A stretch of DNA of 64,000 nt from Eledone cirrhosa (GCA_964016885.1 OZ024740.1:265112001-265176000); one strand, 5' to 3'; positions 25,673 through 39,465 are shown, counted from the stretch's first letter. The notes: a model not told the origin generated them from the letters alone. Made by a program: numbers and translations.

Positions 25673-26157
25673 AAAACGGAAAAAAATGAAATGAAATTTC
25701 ATTTCTCACTCTTAGTACGGCTGTTACTTAAATATAAGTATGTATACGTACATACATATATGTATACAGACGTACAGTAGTATGTATATATATATACATA
25801 CATGCACACATATATATATGAACGTATGGATTCACTGAACATTTATTATAATGCTCGTGTGTTTGTAAACAAACATCCCGAATTAAGCCGTATAGTGTCT
25901 AGCAACCATCGTTGCTCATTTGTTCAACACTGACAAAGGGACGCTGTACTAGTTTCAAGCTTATTAGCTATCGTCAGCAACGTATACCCTCCTGCCAGAT
26001 GGTTGAACGTCTGAAAGTATATACTCTCCTTATGCATATTAACGGCTGAGCAGCCTAATTTGTGTATCGAGTGAGTTAATCGGCCGTGGTACCGAAAACG
26101 ATAAACGGAAAAAATGAAATGAAATTTCATTTCTCACCCTTAGTACGGCTGTTACTA
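25673..26157. repeat. ~485-bp unit bounded by 55-bp direct repeats (pLTR-like)
   Basis: aaacggaaaaaatgaaatgaaatttcatttctcac.cttagtacggctgttact at 25673-25727 and 26103-26157, set in TA runs. Confidence 0.7.
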
Positions 26158-26309
26158 TATATATAAACATATACATATATGCAAGTAAGCAAGTGTGTGT
26201 GTATAATATGGATTTGCGTATGTGTATATATACTTTCATTCTATACGTCTGGCAGATAAACTACCCTCTTTTATGTTCTAAGTAAAGGTAATTTAACGTG
26301 AATATAAAT

Positions 26310-26487
26310 ATTTGTTTCTACTTTAGGCACAAGGCCAGCAATTAACCAGTGCATTACTCGTACTTTATTTTATCGACCCCGTAAGGATGAAAGGCAAAGT
26401 CAACCTCGGCGGGATTTGAACTCAGATCGTAAAGGGACGTAACTCTGCTGGAAAGCATGGCGTCCGCCCCTCTACGGATACTGCCAA
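26310..26487 (-). mobile_element. Deu/Nin-domain tRNA-SINE
   Basis: Near-identical to 54445-54633. Confidence 0.85.
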
Positions 26488-26489
26488 TA

Positions 26490-29400
26490 AATATTATTTC
26501 CTTTTACACGAGGGTGAGAAGTGCGTGGGAACAGAGTTCAAAAGGTGTGTAGGGGAGTGGTGGAGAGACATATAGCGAAAGGAAACGGTGCGAATGAAAA
26601 ATTAACAAATAAAGATAAAAAATATAAAAAATAAAAATAAAGCATGATCAAAATACAAGGAATGAGAAAATTTAAAAATAAAGGCATGATCAAAATAAAC
26701 TGAAATTAAAAGGGAGGTAAACAGGTGGTGGAAGGGTGTGGGGTGAGTAGAGGTGGTGGCGAGTGGAGTGGGGAGATGGAGACGGGGTGTCCGAGCGGGG
26801 AGGGCTGAAGGTGGTGTGTGTGTGTAGGTGTGCGTGTGTGTGTGTATGTGAAAGTAAGGGTTGGGGGAAGAACGGGGTTGCATGTTCAGGAAGAGGTGTG
26901 TGTGGGGGATGTTTTTGTGGGTCGGAGTGTCTGTGCGTGTGTGGATAGGGGGGTGGGAGGAGAGGAAGCAGGAGGCTGAGGGTGTAAATATGTGGTGGGA
27001 AGCATGTGTGTGTGGGGTTTATACGTGTTGTGGGTGTGGGTGGCGTGTGGAGAAAAAATGTTTTTGGGGTGTGTGCGTGGGTGAGTTATATAGGTGATGA
27101 CGTAAGAGGATGGTTGAAAAGTTGGTAAGTTCCAAGGATGTTTGGAGGATTGGTTATAAGTCAAATTCTGCGTGTGGGTAATCCATGAAGCGGTGGTCGG
27201 AAGAGGAGAGATGTGGGGTGCGCGCGCAACAGGAAGTGGTCAGCAGTGGGAGTGCTGTGGTCTGTTGGTGCTGGGAGGTGGTCAGAAGGGCATAGAAGCA
27301 GTCGGTGGAATGGTAAGGGAGCGAGGATGGGTAGGTGTGAAAGTTGGAGTGAGGAGGGTGTGTGTGTGTGTGTGTGTGTATGAGTATGTATTAGTAGGGG
27401 TGTTAGTGGGATGAGTAAGTGTGGAGCGGGGAGAGAAGGGTGTATGTGGTTCTATGGAGGGAGTGTGGTGTACTGGTGTGTCTGTAGTTTGGTGAAGAGG
27501 TGTTAGTTGCGTGTGGGGTGGGTGGTGTAAGTGGGTGCGTGTGTGCGTGTGATAAGGAGGGGGGAGGAGGAGAAGAGGGGAGGGAAGGGATGTTAGTATG
27601 TTAGTTGGGGAAGGGTGGTCAGATGAGGGGTGGAGTGGAGGTGTTAGTATTGTTAGTGTGGGGTGGGCGGTGAAAAGGAGGGGTGTGTTAGTGGTGTTAG
27701 TGGGGGATAAGTGGGGGGGGCGGTCGAACGCTAAAGGAATAAGGGTGGGGAGTTCAGGCCGGGGGAGTGTGGGTCTGTAAGATGAAGATAGTTCGTTTTT
27801 CGACCGTAAGGGGATGGGCGGGTGTTCCGTGGCACTGGAGTAGGCCACAGACTGTGAGATGTGCGGAGTGTCCAGGGCCACCAAAGTGGTGGGCGATGGG
27901 GGAACTGCCCCCGAGACGAATGTCACGTAGGTGCTTCGTGACTCGGTCCGCCAGGTGACGTCCCGTCTGTCCGACATAAGTCGCGCTGCACTCCGTGCAG
28001 CGAATTCCGTAGACTAGGTTTGAGGAGGTGCAGCGGAAAGCATGCCGGACCGAGAGACAGTGGCCGTTGGGACCCTGGAAGGTGGTGGTGTTGGTGATGT
28101 GGGGACAGGTGTTGCAGCGGGGCCTAGAACAGGGAAAGGAACCGGGGGGGAAACAGAACGTGGGTTGGGGGGTAGGGAGCTGTGGACGAGGAGAGTGCCG
28201 AGATTGAGTGCGCGTTTGAAGGAGGGGAGTGGAGGGGTTGGGAAGATGTGGGAGGTGGAGGGGTCGGACTGGAGGCGTCGGAAGAGGCGGCGGATGGTGC
28301 GGTGGAGGGGTAAGGTGGAGGGGTGGTAGGTGATGGGGAAGGGGAGACGGTGGGTGGGTGGGTGTGCGGTGGCGTGGGGTGAGGGTGGTGGAGCGGAGGA
28401 TAGCACGGGCGCGGGTGAGAGTGGTGTAGACGAGAGGGGGGGGGGGGGGGGGGGTAACCTCTGCGGATGAAATGGCTGACTAGGGAAAGGGCCTGGGACT
28501 CGAAGTCAGCATCACGGCTACAGAGGCGGCGGATCCTGAGAAGTTGGGAGTAGGGGATGGAGTGTTTAGTGTGGGTGGGGTGGGAAGAGGTGAAGTCGAG
28601 GTAAGAGTGGGAGTCGGTGGGTTTGAAAAAGGCGGAGGTGACGAGGGAGTGGTGGGCGGGGTCGAAGGCGACGGAGATGTCTAAGAAGTGGACGTGGGTG
28701 GTGGAGATAGAGGTGGTGAAGTGGAGGGAGGGGTGGAAGGAGCAGAAGAAGGAAAGAAAGGAGTCGAGCTGTTCTCGGGTGAGGGTCGTGGCTCTGATAC
28801 AGTCGTCAATGTAACGACCGTACAGTTCGGGCGTGGGGCCGGTGTACTGGGAAAAGATTTGGGCCTCAACATGGCCAACAAAAAGGTTGGCATAGTTCGG
28901 GCCCATTCTTGTGCCCATGGCTACCCCCGTGACCTGTTGGTAAAACTCACCTGAGAAGGAGAAACAATTTAGGGTGAGGACCAGCCTGGCGAGGCGAAGG
29001 AGGGTGGGGGTGGAGGGAATGGGGGAGGGGCGAAGGTCGAGGTAGTGTTTGAGGGTGCGAAGGCCGTCGGCGTGGGGGATGACTGTATAGAGGGACTTGA
29101 TGTCTAGGGTGAAGAGTAAGGGCTGTGGGCCGGGTAGGTAGGTGAAGGAGTCGAAAAGGCGCAGGGCGTGGTTGGTGTCGGAGATGTGGGAGGGGAGGGT
29201 GGTGAAAAGGGGGGCGAGGAGGGAGTCGAGAAAGGCGGAGATGAGTTCGGTGGGGCAGTTGCAAGCGGAGACGATGGGGCGGCCGGGGTTGTCGGGTTTG
29301 TGGAGTTTGGGGAGGAAGTAGATGGTGGGGGTGCGGGGCGTGCGGACGATGAGGTGGGAAGCGGTGGGGGGGGGGGGGGAGGGAGGAGGCGATAAGGTCT

Positions 29401-30275
29401 TTGATGGTGGAGGAGAATTGTTGTTGGTAGAGGGGGGTGGGATCGGAGGGTAGAGGGCGGTAAAAGAGGGGGTTACGGAGCTGCCTGAGGGCTTCGGCCG
29501 TGTAGAGGTCCGCGCGCCATACCACTACGGCGCCTCCCTTGTCCGCCGGTTTGATAACGATGTCATCTCGGCTACGGAGGGAGCGGAGAGCGTGGAGTTC
29601 GCCCCGTGAGATATTGTGCCGTTTGGAACGGTGGCGGAAGTCGAAACGATTTTACTGCGCTACGGCTGGCATCGACGAAGGCGTCCAGGGTGCTAAATTG
29701 CCCTGGGGCCGGCGTCCAAGAAGATGGTCGTCGGCCCAGGGCGAGAAACGGGTCTGGGAGGAGTGAGTGTAGCTTGCGGGCTTTAGTGGAGCTGAGGAAC
29801 GAGAAGAGGTTGTGGTTGAGGTTGTGGATGAAGGAGAGGATGGCTTGGGCGAGGAGGGGGTGGCAGGTGGAGTAAAGGCGGAGGAGGGTGGGGGTCAGTT
29901 GGTGGTCAAGTAGGCGGAGGGTGGAACGGGAGGCGCGGATGGAGTTGCGCATCAGGAGGCGTTAGGATCGGGTGAGGATACGTTGCGTGGAGGGGGAAGC
30001 GGCGGGGGAGGGGTGGAAGTGTAGACGGAAGCCGAGGGGGATAAGGTGGAGGCGGAGGCAGTGGCTGAGGAAATGGATGTGGCTGGAGTGCCGGGTTTAG
30101 GCGAAGAGAATGTAGGAGAGTTGAAGGACGGAGGGGAGATAGGGGGGTGGGAGAAGGGGGGTGAGGAAAAGTTTGAGGCGATTGTGTAGTTGGTGGAGAA
30201 AGGATCTCAGGTTGGACATGATGGGCGTTGGGTGAAAGCAGGGGGAGGGATGAGAGGGCAGGGGTGTGAAGCGGG
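26490..30275 (-). mobile_element. GC-rich Neptune-type Penelope-like element with long CA-rich 3' UTR
   Basis: Contains the RT + Cys linker + GIY-YIG pseudo-ORF. Extreme G skew on the + strand, (TA)n at its 5' side. Confidence 0.85.
27730..30219 (-). pseudogene. PLE reverse transcriptase + GIY-YIG endonuclease (frameshifted, mostly at poly-C runs)
   Basis: ATG at 30219; [18 protein letters not shown]; KPADKGGAVV; MGTRMGPNYANLFVG; YGRYIDD; FLDI; SIPYSQLLRIRRLCS; linker CSRPRCNTC; NLVYGIRCTECSATYVGQTGRHLADRVTKH. Confidence 0.93.
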
Positions 30276-30284
30276 TATATATTT

Positions 30285-30390
<106 letters not shown>

Positions 30391-30911
30391 AGGTATATAT
30401 AAATATGTACATATGCACGTGTGTGTGAGAGTGTGTGCGTTTAAGTTTAAGTGTCTTTTTATGTGTACACAATGAAATTACTCTCGGTAATTTCTGCAAA
30501 TCACCAAATGTAAAGTTGATACTAAATATGTAATGGCGCCACTAAGACTCAAATAACCCGTAATTGATCACTCATCTACTATTGGTCAGTTATCAACATC
30601 AGCAAGTGAACTAACAAAAAGAAATGAAAGGCTCTTAACTGCATGCGCCTAACACCGCTGGTAATGCGGAGATACGTCAAACAATTAATAAAAATACTCT
30701 CACATTCCACTTTATATGTTGATTGCTCTTTTCTTTGTAGACACGCCGATATATATATACATGTGTGTGCGCGTGCGTTTGTATGTGTGTGTATGTATAT
30801 GTATGTCGGTGTGTGTGTACGTGTGTAAAAGTAATAACAAAAATAACAAAACAAACGCCACAGTACATGGAAGAAATATAATAGTTTAACGCTTGAAATA
30901 GTAGGAAGAGT

Positions 30912-30950
30912 GTTGTAACGTTTCGGACACTAGTCCTTCATCAGAAGATA
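30912..30950 (-). ncRNA. Minimal hammerhead motif in a pLTR fragment (~30830-31250)
   Basis: Minus strand: CTGATGA-A-GGAC tagt GTCC-GAAA-CG-TT with palindrome AACGTT. Stem I is eroded. Confidence 0.6.
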
Positions 30951-31060
30951 GTGTTAGAAATAAAAGATAAATAGAAAGTAAAGAGTGATGAGAGGAAGGA
31001 ACGGGGTACATGAGGGGAAAGTGTGGAGAAAAAAACACACGTGCATAGTCAGTCGGCCAT

Positions 31061-31155
<95 letters not shown>

Positions 31156-31417
31156 GTGCTTGTGTGGGGTGTATTTGTTGCATGCGAGGTTGTGATAGAT
31201 TTGGAAAAGCCGCTGTAATGCAAATTAGAAATACACGGTTGAAAGCTAGGGTAGAGAGATGTTAAAATATATAAACCAATAGTTTACATTTTTTTCTTTG
31301 TTTAACATCTCACACTTTTAAACTCTTTTTCAAATGAGATGAAGTGGTGCACATTGTTGGGGGCGATCGGCGCTCTATGAACTATAATGATATAGACATA
31401 TGCTTTAGAATGTGTAA

Positions 31418-31512
<95 letters not shown>

Positions 31513-32691
31513 TGTTAAATGAGATAAAATGTGTAAGCTTGCATATATATCTACACAGGTGCGCCTGCACACCTCCAGCTTCATATCATATCACACTGCT
31601 CTCAACTTCACCTACCAACCAGTCTATGCAACCGGTCTAAACTATGAAATCTATCCAGTGAGACTCACCTTAATGACAATTATCAAAATCCCTTGAAATC
31701 AACACGCTGTTTTTGAAAAATTGAATTATATTATGCGCCTTCATGAAACTAACAACGTCGTATTTCAAGATCTTTAGGAAAACAAACATCGTTAATGCAG
31801 TATTGTCTTTATGAACTCTCGGACCAATCCTCAAGTGAACTGAACTGTGTGTCACGTCACTAATCTGTTATTTAGAGATGATGGTAGAACACAAAGTCTT
31901 ATATTATAGAAAAGTACCAATGAATCTACACATTATTCGACATATCATATTTATGCATTAGACAATGCACACTGTTGTTTATACATGCAAACCGACATTA
32001 AAGAGAGCAGATATTTGATAGGTGATACCTCGTCAACTGTCATACCAAAACATCTCACGCTATTGAGACATGATGTATTAATCAAAATCTAAATTCAATT
32101 GGGTCAATTCTACTCAAATTTAGATAGTCTTTATTTCATAAACTTGGGATAATTGTATGGTTAATTAAATGTTAGAATATAACACTTTATTAATTAGTCT
32201 CTACTTTAGGCACATTAAAGGTAACTTATCGCATTTATCTTTATTGAAAGTGCGTAAGACTGCTTTTCAGTAGATGAGGATCAAATTCATAACAATCAGA
32301 TGCATTCAGTTTCTATTTAAAATCATTATAAACAAGCATTCACTTTAAATATAAACTATAACTTGCCGATTACCCCACTCCCAATAATCTAACGGCTAAT
32401 CTGGTATTTATGGTATAAGGCAGTATAGTTTATATAAATCCTTGTGAAATATGTGGTTAGAATTGTTTGGGGAAATCTGGCGTAATTCAATTTAGAAATA
32501 TAAGAGGTACAATATAAGAGGTACAAGATATCCCATAACATTTCGGGGTTGGTACTTCGTTCTAAGAAAACATGTGTGATGGTGATGACGAAGTATAAAG
32601 TAAAAGTGTAAACTGTCGCTCTGTCTTACTTACTTTACACAAGTTTTCACTCTTGCATTTCTAGCTTGTATTGTATCGGCTTTCTTAAAAT

Positions 32692-32875
32692 AATTGTTTC
32701 TACTTTTGGCACAAGGCCAGCAATTACCCAGTGTATTACTGGTACTTTATTTTATCGACCCCGTAAGGATGAAAGGCAAAGTTAACCTCGGCGGGATTTG
32801 AACTCAGATCGTAAAGGGACGTAACTACGCTGGAAAGCATGTCTGACCCTCTACCAATACTGCCAATTCACCACC
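32692..32875 (-). mobile_element. Deu/Nin-domain tRNA-SINE with TSD
   Basis: 19-bp direct repeat tcggctttcttaaaataat at 32676-32694 and 32878-32896. Confidence 0.9.
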
Positions 32876-33749
32876 ATTCGGCTTTCTTAAAATAATCCTG
32901 TCAATATATGGTTATATTTGATTGTATTTGTTGCATTGTTAAAAATGGAAATTATATTTGGAATGTTTCTCTCTTTGTATTTAAAACGTTGTTAAGCTGC
33001 ATTTAATTCTATATACTTCAATGAAAAATAGATGTTATTATCTCTACAATGTATGTGTTACATTTTGAATTTTACACTAACAAGAAAAAAATCTGCTATT
33101 TTTCATCCTGTCACACTTCATCTTTATCATCGTTATTGTGTAAGTTATCAGTGAAATTTATCTGAAAATTAAACGTAGAAAATATATTATCTAAAACAGG
33201 TATGAAAATGATTATATAAAGATAAAGAAACGTGACAGCATTAAAAAACTTGCAATAATCATCTTATATTTCTTTATACGAAAATTACGTAGATCGATTG
33301 TACAGATAAATTGTAATTAAATGGCTGGTCAAAACAAAGTTGCAGAATAATGGTGTGCTGCAAAATAATTGTTGTGCTACAATTTTCTTTATGTTAACAA
33401 ACCAACTGTTTTTGCCGAGTTTGTCGCATTTTCATTCCCTATGAAGTGCTCTTCTAATAAGTATTACAAACATAGACTAATCCAGTGACTTGAAAAACAA
33501 TATTACAAAGATTAATCCATTGACTTGAAAAATAAATATCATTTGTAATCATATATTTTTCTACACAAATGACACATTGTTCCAACTTTCTGAAAGCTCC
33601 ACTCTGGAGCTGAAAATTTATAAACTCCTTTTTTCCTATTTCCATCAATATTTCTAATGTTATTCATACAACTGTAAATTGATTTATTGTCTGTAATTTT
33701 ATTTTACAAAATGTAATAACAAAAAGTTGTTTAGTTCTAATATATATCA

Positions 33750-34672
33750 TCTATATATATAAAACTGAGGATGTATGTCTCTGTGTGTGTGAGTTTGAAT
33801 CCCTAAAACTAGAGAACCACCCAACCGACTGTTTTCAAACTTTACACATGTAATACTTATGTTTCAGGGAGATATTCAGAACAAAAAATAAAATTTCTAA
33901 TTTTCAATGCCCTAGGCGATTTAGCGATCTCTTTCTATAATTCTTAGTCTTTCTCTTTTTAGATAGATACATACATATAACGTCGCGCCCTTATAATATC
34001 TGTCTGTATGTCTGTATGTCTGGATGTCTACATTACGTCACTTCCCTGAGGATGTCTGTCTGTGTGTGTGTATGTGTGTCTGTGAGTTTGAATCCCTAAA
34101 ACTTGAGAAGTACCCATCCTACCTTTTTCAAACTTTACATGTGTATTACTTATGTTTCAGGAAGTGTTATGCATTATTAAAAAATTCAACTTTTTGATCT
34201 CCTAGGGCCCGCATTAGGTGAAAAACTGCGGTTTTTTCAGCTTTTTAGGGGCTATTTGAGGCGTTACATCAGACCGATTTCCTTGAAATTGTAACTATGT
34301 ATTAGTCAGTCTCTTCTTCATACCGTAAGCAAAGAAAATCCAACTTTTGTATGGCCTAGGGCTCGCATTAGGTGAACAACTTCAATTTTCAGCTTTTTAG
34401 GGCATTTTTGAGGCGTTACGTCTAGCCCGATTTTCCCGAAATTTCAAGGCATGTTATACACATTAAAAAAAATATATTTTTTGATCTCCTAGGTGAAAGC
34501 CTGCATTTTTCCTGATTCACCGAGGAAAATATTAAAGATTATCCAGCCATCAGAGTATTCGGTTTATTTTCTTTACATTTTGTCCAGGCATGCAGTTTTT
34601 CCACGATTAGGTCTGTTGGCGGCCCGCGTTCCAAAATACCTTATCCCGTGCAATGCCGGGTACCACTGCTAG
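33750..34672 (+). mobile_element. Non-autonomous Helitron, complete ends
   Basis: A|TCTATATATATAAAACTGAGG at the 5' end. Hairpin cccgtgcaatgccggg (34645-60) then CTAG|T. Internal duplication of gtgagtttgaatccctaaaact. Confidence 0.9.
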
Positions 34673-35669
34673 TTGATTATACAAAGTGTCGCCTGGACGA
34701 GAAAACTCTCTATGTTTTTTTGGTCTAGCCTTTTTTCAACTATTAGTCAAAAGGCTGAGCTACACCATTACGCATTCTGGATATTTTGTACGGAATACTT
34801 TCTTTAAATTTTGATTATACATGTAGTTCCCGCATAGATGATATCACGGAGCATATCTACATGGGTCATATAGGAATAATTGTGACATACCGATTTGATT
34901 GAGTCAACCATAATGTTGTTTATGTTAAATACACATGATATGAAATTGAAAAAGTGACGAGGCTCTCATTTTGCTAAAAAGAAATTGTTTTTGTACATTT
35001 TGGTGTTAAATAATCAAAAATACGAAATTGGAAAAGTGACAAGTCCTTCTGTGTTGAAGAGAAACAGGCATCCGTTTGTTTTTAATAGGTACTCGTAACT
35101 TGCAGAGTAAGCTAAAGTAGCAAACCCATACATCACACTGCAGTAGTTTAATTTGAAGAAAAATAATAACTAGATAACATACAAACAACTAAACTTAAGT
35201 ACTTTCTTCGTTTCAAATTAATGTATGATTAAATCTGCTACCATTTCTCTGTATACTACATAGAAAATATTTTATGTATTTGATTATTTCAAATAAGAAT
35301 TATGACACTTCAGTTTATATATTATATCAATTGTTTTCTGTATCCCATTATTTCAAGTAAGAATGCTGGCATTTCATTTTATACAGTATATCAACTAGTT
35401 TATATAATTCAATGTTTCAAACAAGAATATATAGCCTCATTTTTTACTGCTTGTCAGATAATGTTGTCCTTGTGTTATCTTTATTATATTTATGTGTCAT
35501 CAATAAATTTAAGATCTACTTGTGTCATCTTTCAAATACGAAATGAATTATCCAGAATGTCTGACATCTAATATATCATTAGAAACTTATATTAAATGTA
35601 GTAAAACTATGTTTATATAATTCATTCAATAAACGTATCTTTTTGAACAACTGAAAATCTTCCTACCGT

Positions 35670-35983
35670 GCCTTTACAATCCCGTTCCAGTCCACAGCCC
35701 ACACTGTAATGTGGTCGTGTTGGTATCACGACAAAAAGCGCCCAGTCCACACTGTAAAGTGGTCATCTTTGTATCACGATAAAAAAGTGACTAGCTCACA
35801 CTGTAAATGTGGTTGGCGTTAGGAAGGGCATCCAGCCATAGAAACCAAGCCAGTAACAGTTCTATATGAGCAAGACACTGTTACCTGACATGACTTGTCT
35901 CAAATGGGACAACCCATCTTACCCGTGCTAGCGGTAAAAATAGACGGTAAACGATGATGATGATGACGAAGATGATGATGATA

Positions 35984-36024
<41 letters not shown>

Positions 36025-36060
36025 GATGATGATCACGATTATGATGATGATTATGATCAT
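35670..36060 (+). mobile_element. SINE or LINE 3' end with (GAT)n tail (RTE-related)
   Basis: tgtggttggcgttaggaagggcatccagcc...acccgtgctagc...gacggtaaacgatgatgat, preceded by short tandem cacactgtaa repeats. Confidence 0.55.
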
Positions 36061-37399
36061 CTACGTTTATAATTTAAGAAATACTTGGGGATTTATATAT
36101 CATAATATGTATAGGACATCATAATATAAAACTTAACTACGATTTTGGTTTAAAATGAACATTTTGAATATGTATATGGTCAGTATAGCAAATATTTTTA
36201 AACATACGATATTTCTAATACCTGAATTATTGAATTGAAATATATTCATGCATCCCGTATATTTTAACGAACATTATCAAATTATTATTAATTAACATAT
36301 TCAAGTAACCCTGTCTACTAATTAGTTGAGGCAAATGTCTGGTGAAAGATAACAGGAAATTTGAATGTAGTGAATGGTAATAGATTATGATGTAGCAGAC
36401 AATAACACTACTAAGTGTATCCTTGGGCAGTTGTATATTGTGTATCTGATAGGAAACTGTACTGTGCTCTCCCTCTTCCTTTCTCTTTCTCCCTCTCTGC
36501 TACTCTCTTCCTCCATCTTGCCGGCATGTGATATAAATTCATGTACCGGTATTTCCTGAATACTAGAAAGAAAATGTCGTCAAGTCTAAGTGAATTTTGA
36601 ATTAATTATACATAATCCTATTAAGCGACAAGCAAACGATGCACACGACGTATCAGATAAAAACTTAATATTTTAAAACAACTTTGAACCATAATCTATT
36701 TCCTTTCCATAAAATATATTTAAAAAAACATAATGCCATGCTTCACAAGAGGAAACTGCTTAAATATTTTGAAAAGTCGATTTCAGCACTGAATATTAAT
36801 AATGCAGTTTTTCTTTTCCTTTTACTTTTTCTTTCATCGTATTCAGTAATTGAAGAGATATATATTAATGCTTAGAAGTTTTAGTTCCCAACTAATCTCT
36901 GATCTATTTATCTTTCAATAACTTAGCTTGTTAGGTGACTTAGTTCAATTTCTCTACATGCGTTGGTTTATTTTATTATTATTATCTTTTTCGTTTCTTT
37001 CTGTGGTTAACATTTAAACGTTTAAATTAGTTAATATATGTTTCAAACGAAGATAAAGATATGGCGCAACATTCATTATATTTTTTATACCAAGCCTTTT
37101 TTTTGTTGTTATAACAAGATAGGTTTAGAATTCAAATTTCGCCACATCTTCAGTTTCCACGCTTCTTGTTCATTGCCGATATCCCCCCCCCCCTCCCCTC
37201 TCTCTCTCTAAGATGTCGTTTGTATTTAGACGTAGACAGGGATGAATTCCGCCATGTGTAAATTCCTCGAGCATATCTATACGACTCTGACAATAGATAA
37301 GGGCCTGTGTATATATATATATATATCTATATTTTTATATATATATATATATATATATACTGTATAACACACACACACACACACACACACACTAAGTTT

Positions 37400-37905
37400 A
37401 GATTAAGGTATGTCAATATCTTAACACTAAATATTAGTACCAGTAATGTACTTGGGTAATTATTGGCCTTGTTCCAAAAGTAGAAACAATTATATTTCAT
37501 CTGATGAAAGTTCACTAAAATGTTGTGTCCTTGGAATACGTATAATAAAATAAATACGGTATCATAAGATATTTTCCATTTATTAATATTGCTAATATTA
37601 ATAATACTTCAGATAAATCTTGTAGAGTGCTTCAAATCTCTTATCAAATTAACCCTGTTGAATAATAATCAACAAACCATATAGCTCATTGTTTATAAAG
37701 GGCCCGATACTGAACAAACTTTCTGAGCACTGCCCGAATTGCATGCACGAAAGCTTTGGAACTTTCAAATATATATAATGATATTCAATAAATGGAAAGT
37801 ATATTTATAAAACCATATTTATTTTATTATATATATTTCAAGGGTACCAAGACACATTGGTACGCTTTCGTCAGACAAAATACAAAGTTTGTTTTATAGA
37901 GACAT
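37400..37905. mobile_element. PLE pLTR family D, two copies in inverted orientation
   Basis: 37493-37590(+) and 37780-37900(-) are homologous to each other and to 54801-55119 and 59551-59670. Confidence 0.65.
37820..37882 (-). ncRNA. Type-I hammerhead ribozyme (family D)
   Basis: Minus strand: TATTTTGT-CTGACGA-AAGCGTACCAA tgtgtc TTGGTACCCTT-GAAA-TATATA-TA-ATAAAATA. Confidence 0.75.
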
Positions 37906-37943
37906 ACCCATGAAAATCATACCTTATCGGTTGGATATCCATT

Positions 37944-37983
37944 CCGAGCTGAGGATCCGCTAAGGTGAAACAATTGTTCTCGG
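37944..37983 (+). ncRNA. 40-nt minimal hammerhead ribozyme
   Basis: CCGAG-CTGAGGA-T-CC gctaa GG-T-GAAA-CAATTG-TT-CTCGG, palindrome ACAATTGT. Confidence 0.75.
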
Positions 37984-38014
37984 TATGGTGAACTAACTGT
38001 TGTGTAACCACTTC

Positions 38015-38039
<25 letters not shown>

Positions 38040-38045
<6 letters not shown>

Positions 38046-39465
38046 ATACTTGGGGAGGGTCATATTTGTGTAATAATATTGCCAGAATTAATAACAGAAC
38101 ACACTCACTGTTTGGTTGGTTTTCGCTTCTGTGATGAACAACGTGTTCCGCATGTGCGACCCAACAGAAATGGAAAGACACATCCAACATTTCATCAACC
38201 GCATGCAGTTCTCTGGCTACAACCAAAGAGACAGAATCAGAGTATATCAAGGAGCCACGGAGAAGTATAAGACCCTCATAGAACTGGACATGAAAGGAAT
38301 TTGCCCATTATACAGGAGCAAATCATGGAATAGCTAAGATAGGGAAAGCCACCTCATGGTACGACAACCAGATACCAGAGTGTCATGTTTGTGGACGCTA
38401 CACCTGGAGGGAAATTAGCTAACCAGTGTAGAAAGGCCCCGAGAAAGACCCACTTAAAGATTATGGTGGTAGAAAAGCCAGGAACCACCATAAAAACCCA
38501 CTCTATATAATAGCAAATTATCATATGTAGAGTAAACTCCCGGATAAACTGTAAAACTAGAAACGAAGTCTATAGCATAAGATGTACAGAGGGTACTTGC
38601 AGAAACATGACAACAACATACATAGGCGAGACAGCTCGTAGCATAGGTGAAAGGATAGACCAACACTGGGGGGGAACTAAAAGAATGAAAAAACGGTTTA
38701 GTACTATACGAACATGCCAGACAACAACACGATGGCAACATAGATAACATAGAAGTTAGAATAATATCTAAACATAGAAATGACCCAGCAGATAGGCAAA
38801 TCAGAGAGGCCAGCGAAATAGAACTTAGAAGGCCAAGGCTAAACAGAAAAAATGGATGGAATAACAACAACACCCAACAAACAACACTGACCTAAGAGAA
38901 GTATAAATAAATAAATAAATAAATAAATACATACTCAAGCCCACTAACAACAAACACATATAAACACACACTAGTAAACTAAGATAGAATACATTAACCA
39001 ATACACGGTCACCCAAACACGAACACACATCAAACAAAACACTATACACACACGCAAACGCATGCACAGAGAATACAAAAAAATAAACAAATAAATAAAT
39101 AAGTAAACAGACTAAATAAAGATGGCGTAAGCATACAATGCAACGGGAGGAAACATAATAGCAACACTGACGATGTTGCAGATGTGCAACGAAAGAACTT
39201 TGATAGACTATATATATGTGTTTGTGTCTATATTGTATCTGTATTTTTGACCGGTGGTCAGTCAATGGCCACATTGAGTACCGATTAAATTAAATTAACC
39301 GATATAAAAGACACAGAAGCGAAAACCAAACAAACAATGAATGTGTTCTGTTATTAATTCTGGCAATATTATTACACAAATATGACCCTCCCCAAGTATA
39401 ACAATATTTGTTTCGAAACACGATTTCATATAAAAAAACCTCGCAAAACTAATTCATCGCCGTTA
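38040..39465 (+). mobile_element. 5'-truncated PLE (family C): thumb + GIY-YIG remnants, inverted 5' terminus
   Basis: RMQFSGY; MFVDATPGGKLA; CKTRNEVYSIRCTEGTC..TYIGETARSIGERIDQH; RQIREA. 38040-38133 is the reverse complement of ~39311-39405. Confidence 0.85.
39163..39204 (+). ncRNA. Minimal hammerhead ribozyme (family C)
   Basis: AACA-CTGACGA-T-GTTGCA gatg TGCAAC-GAAA-GAAC-TT-TGAT. Confidence 0.7.
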
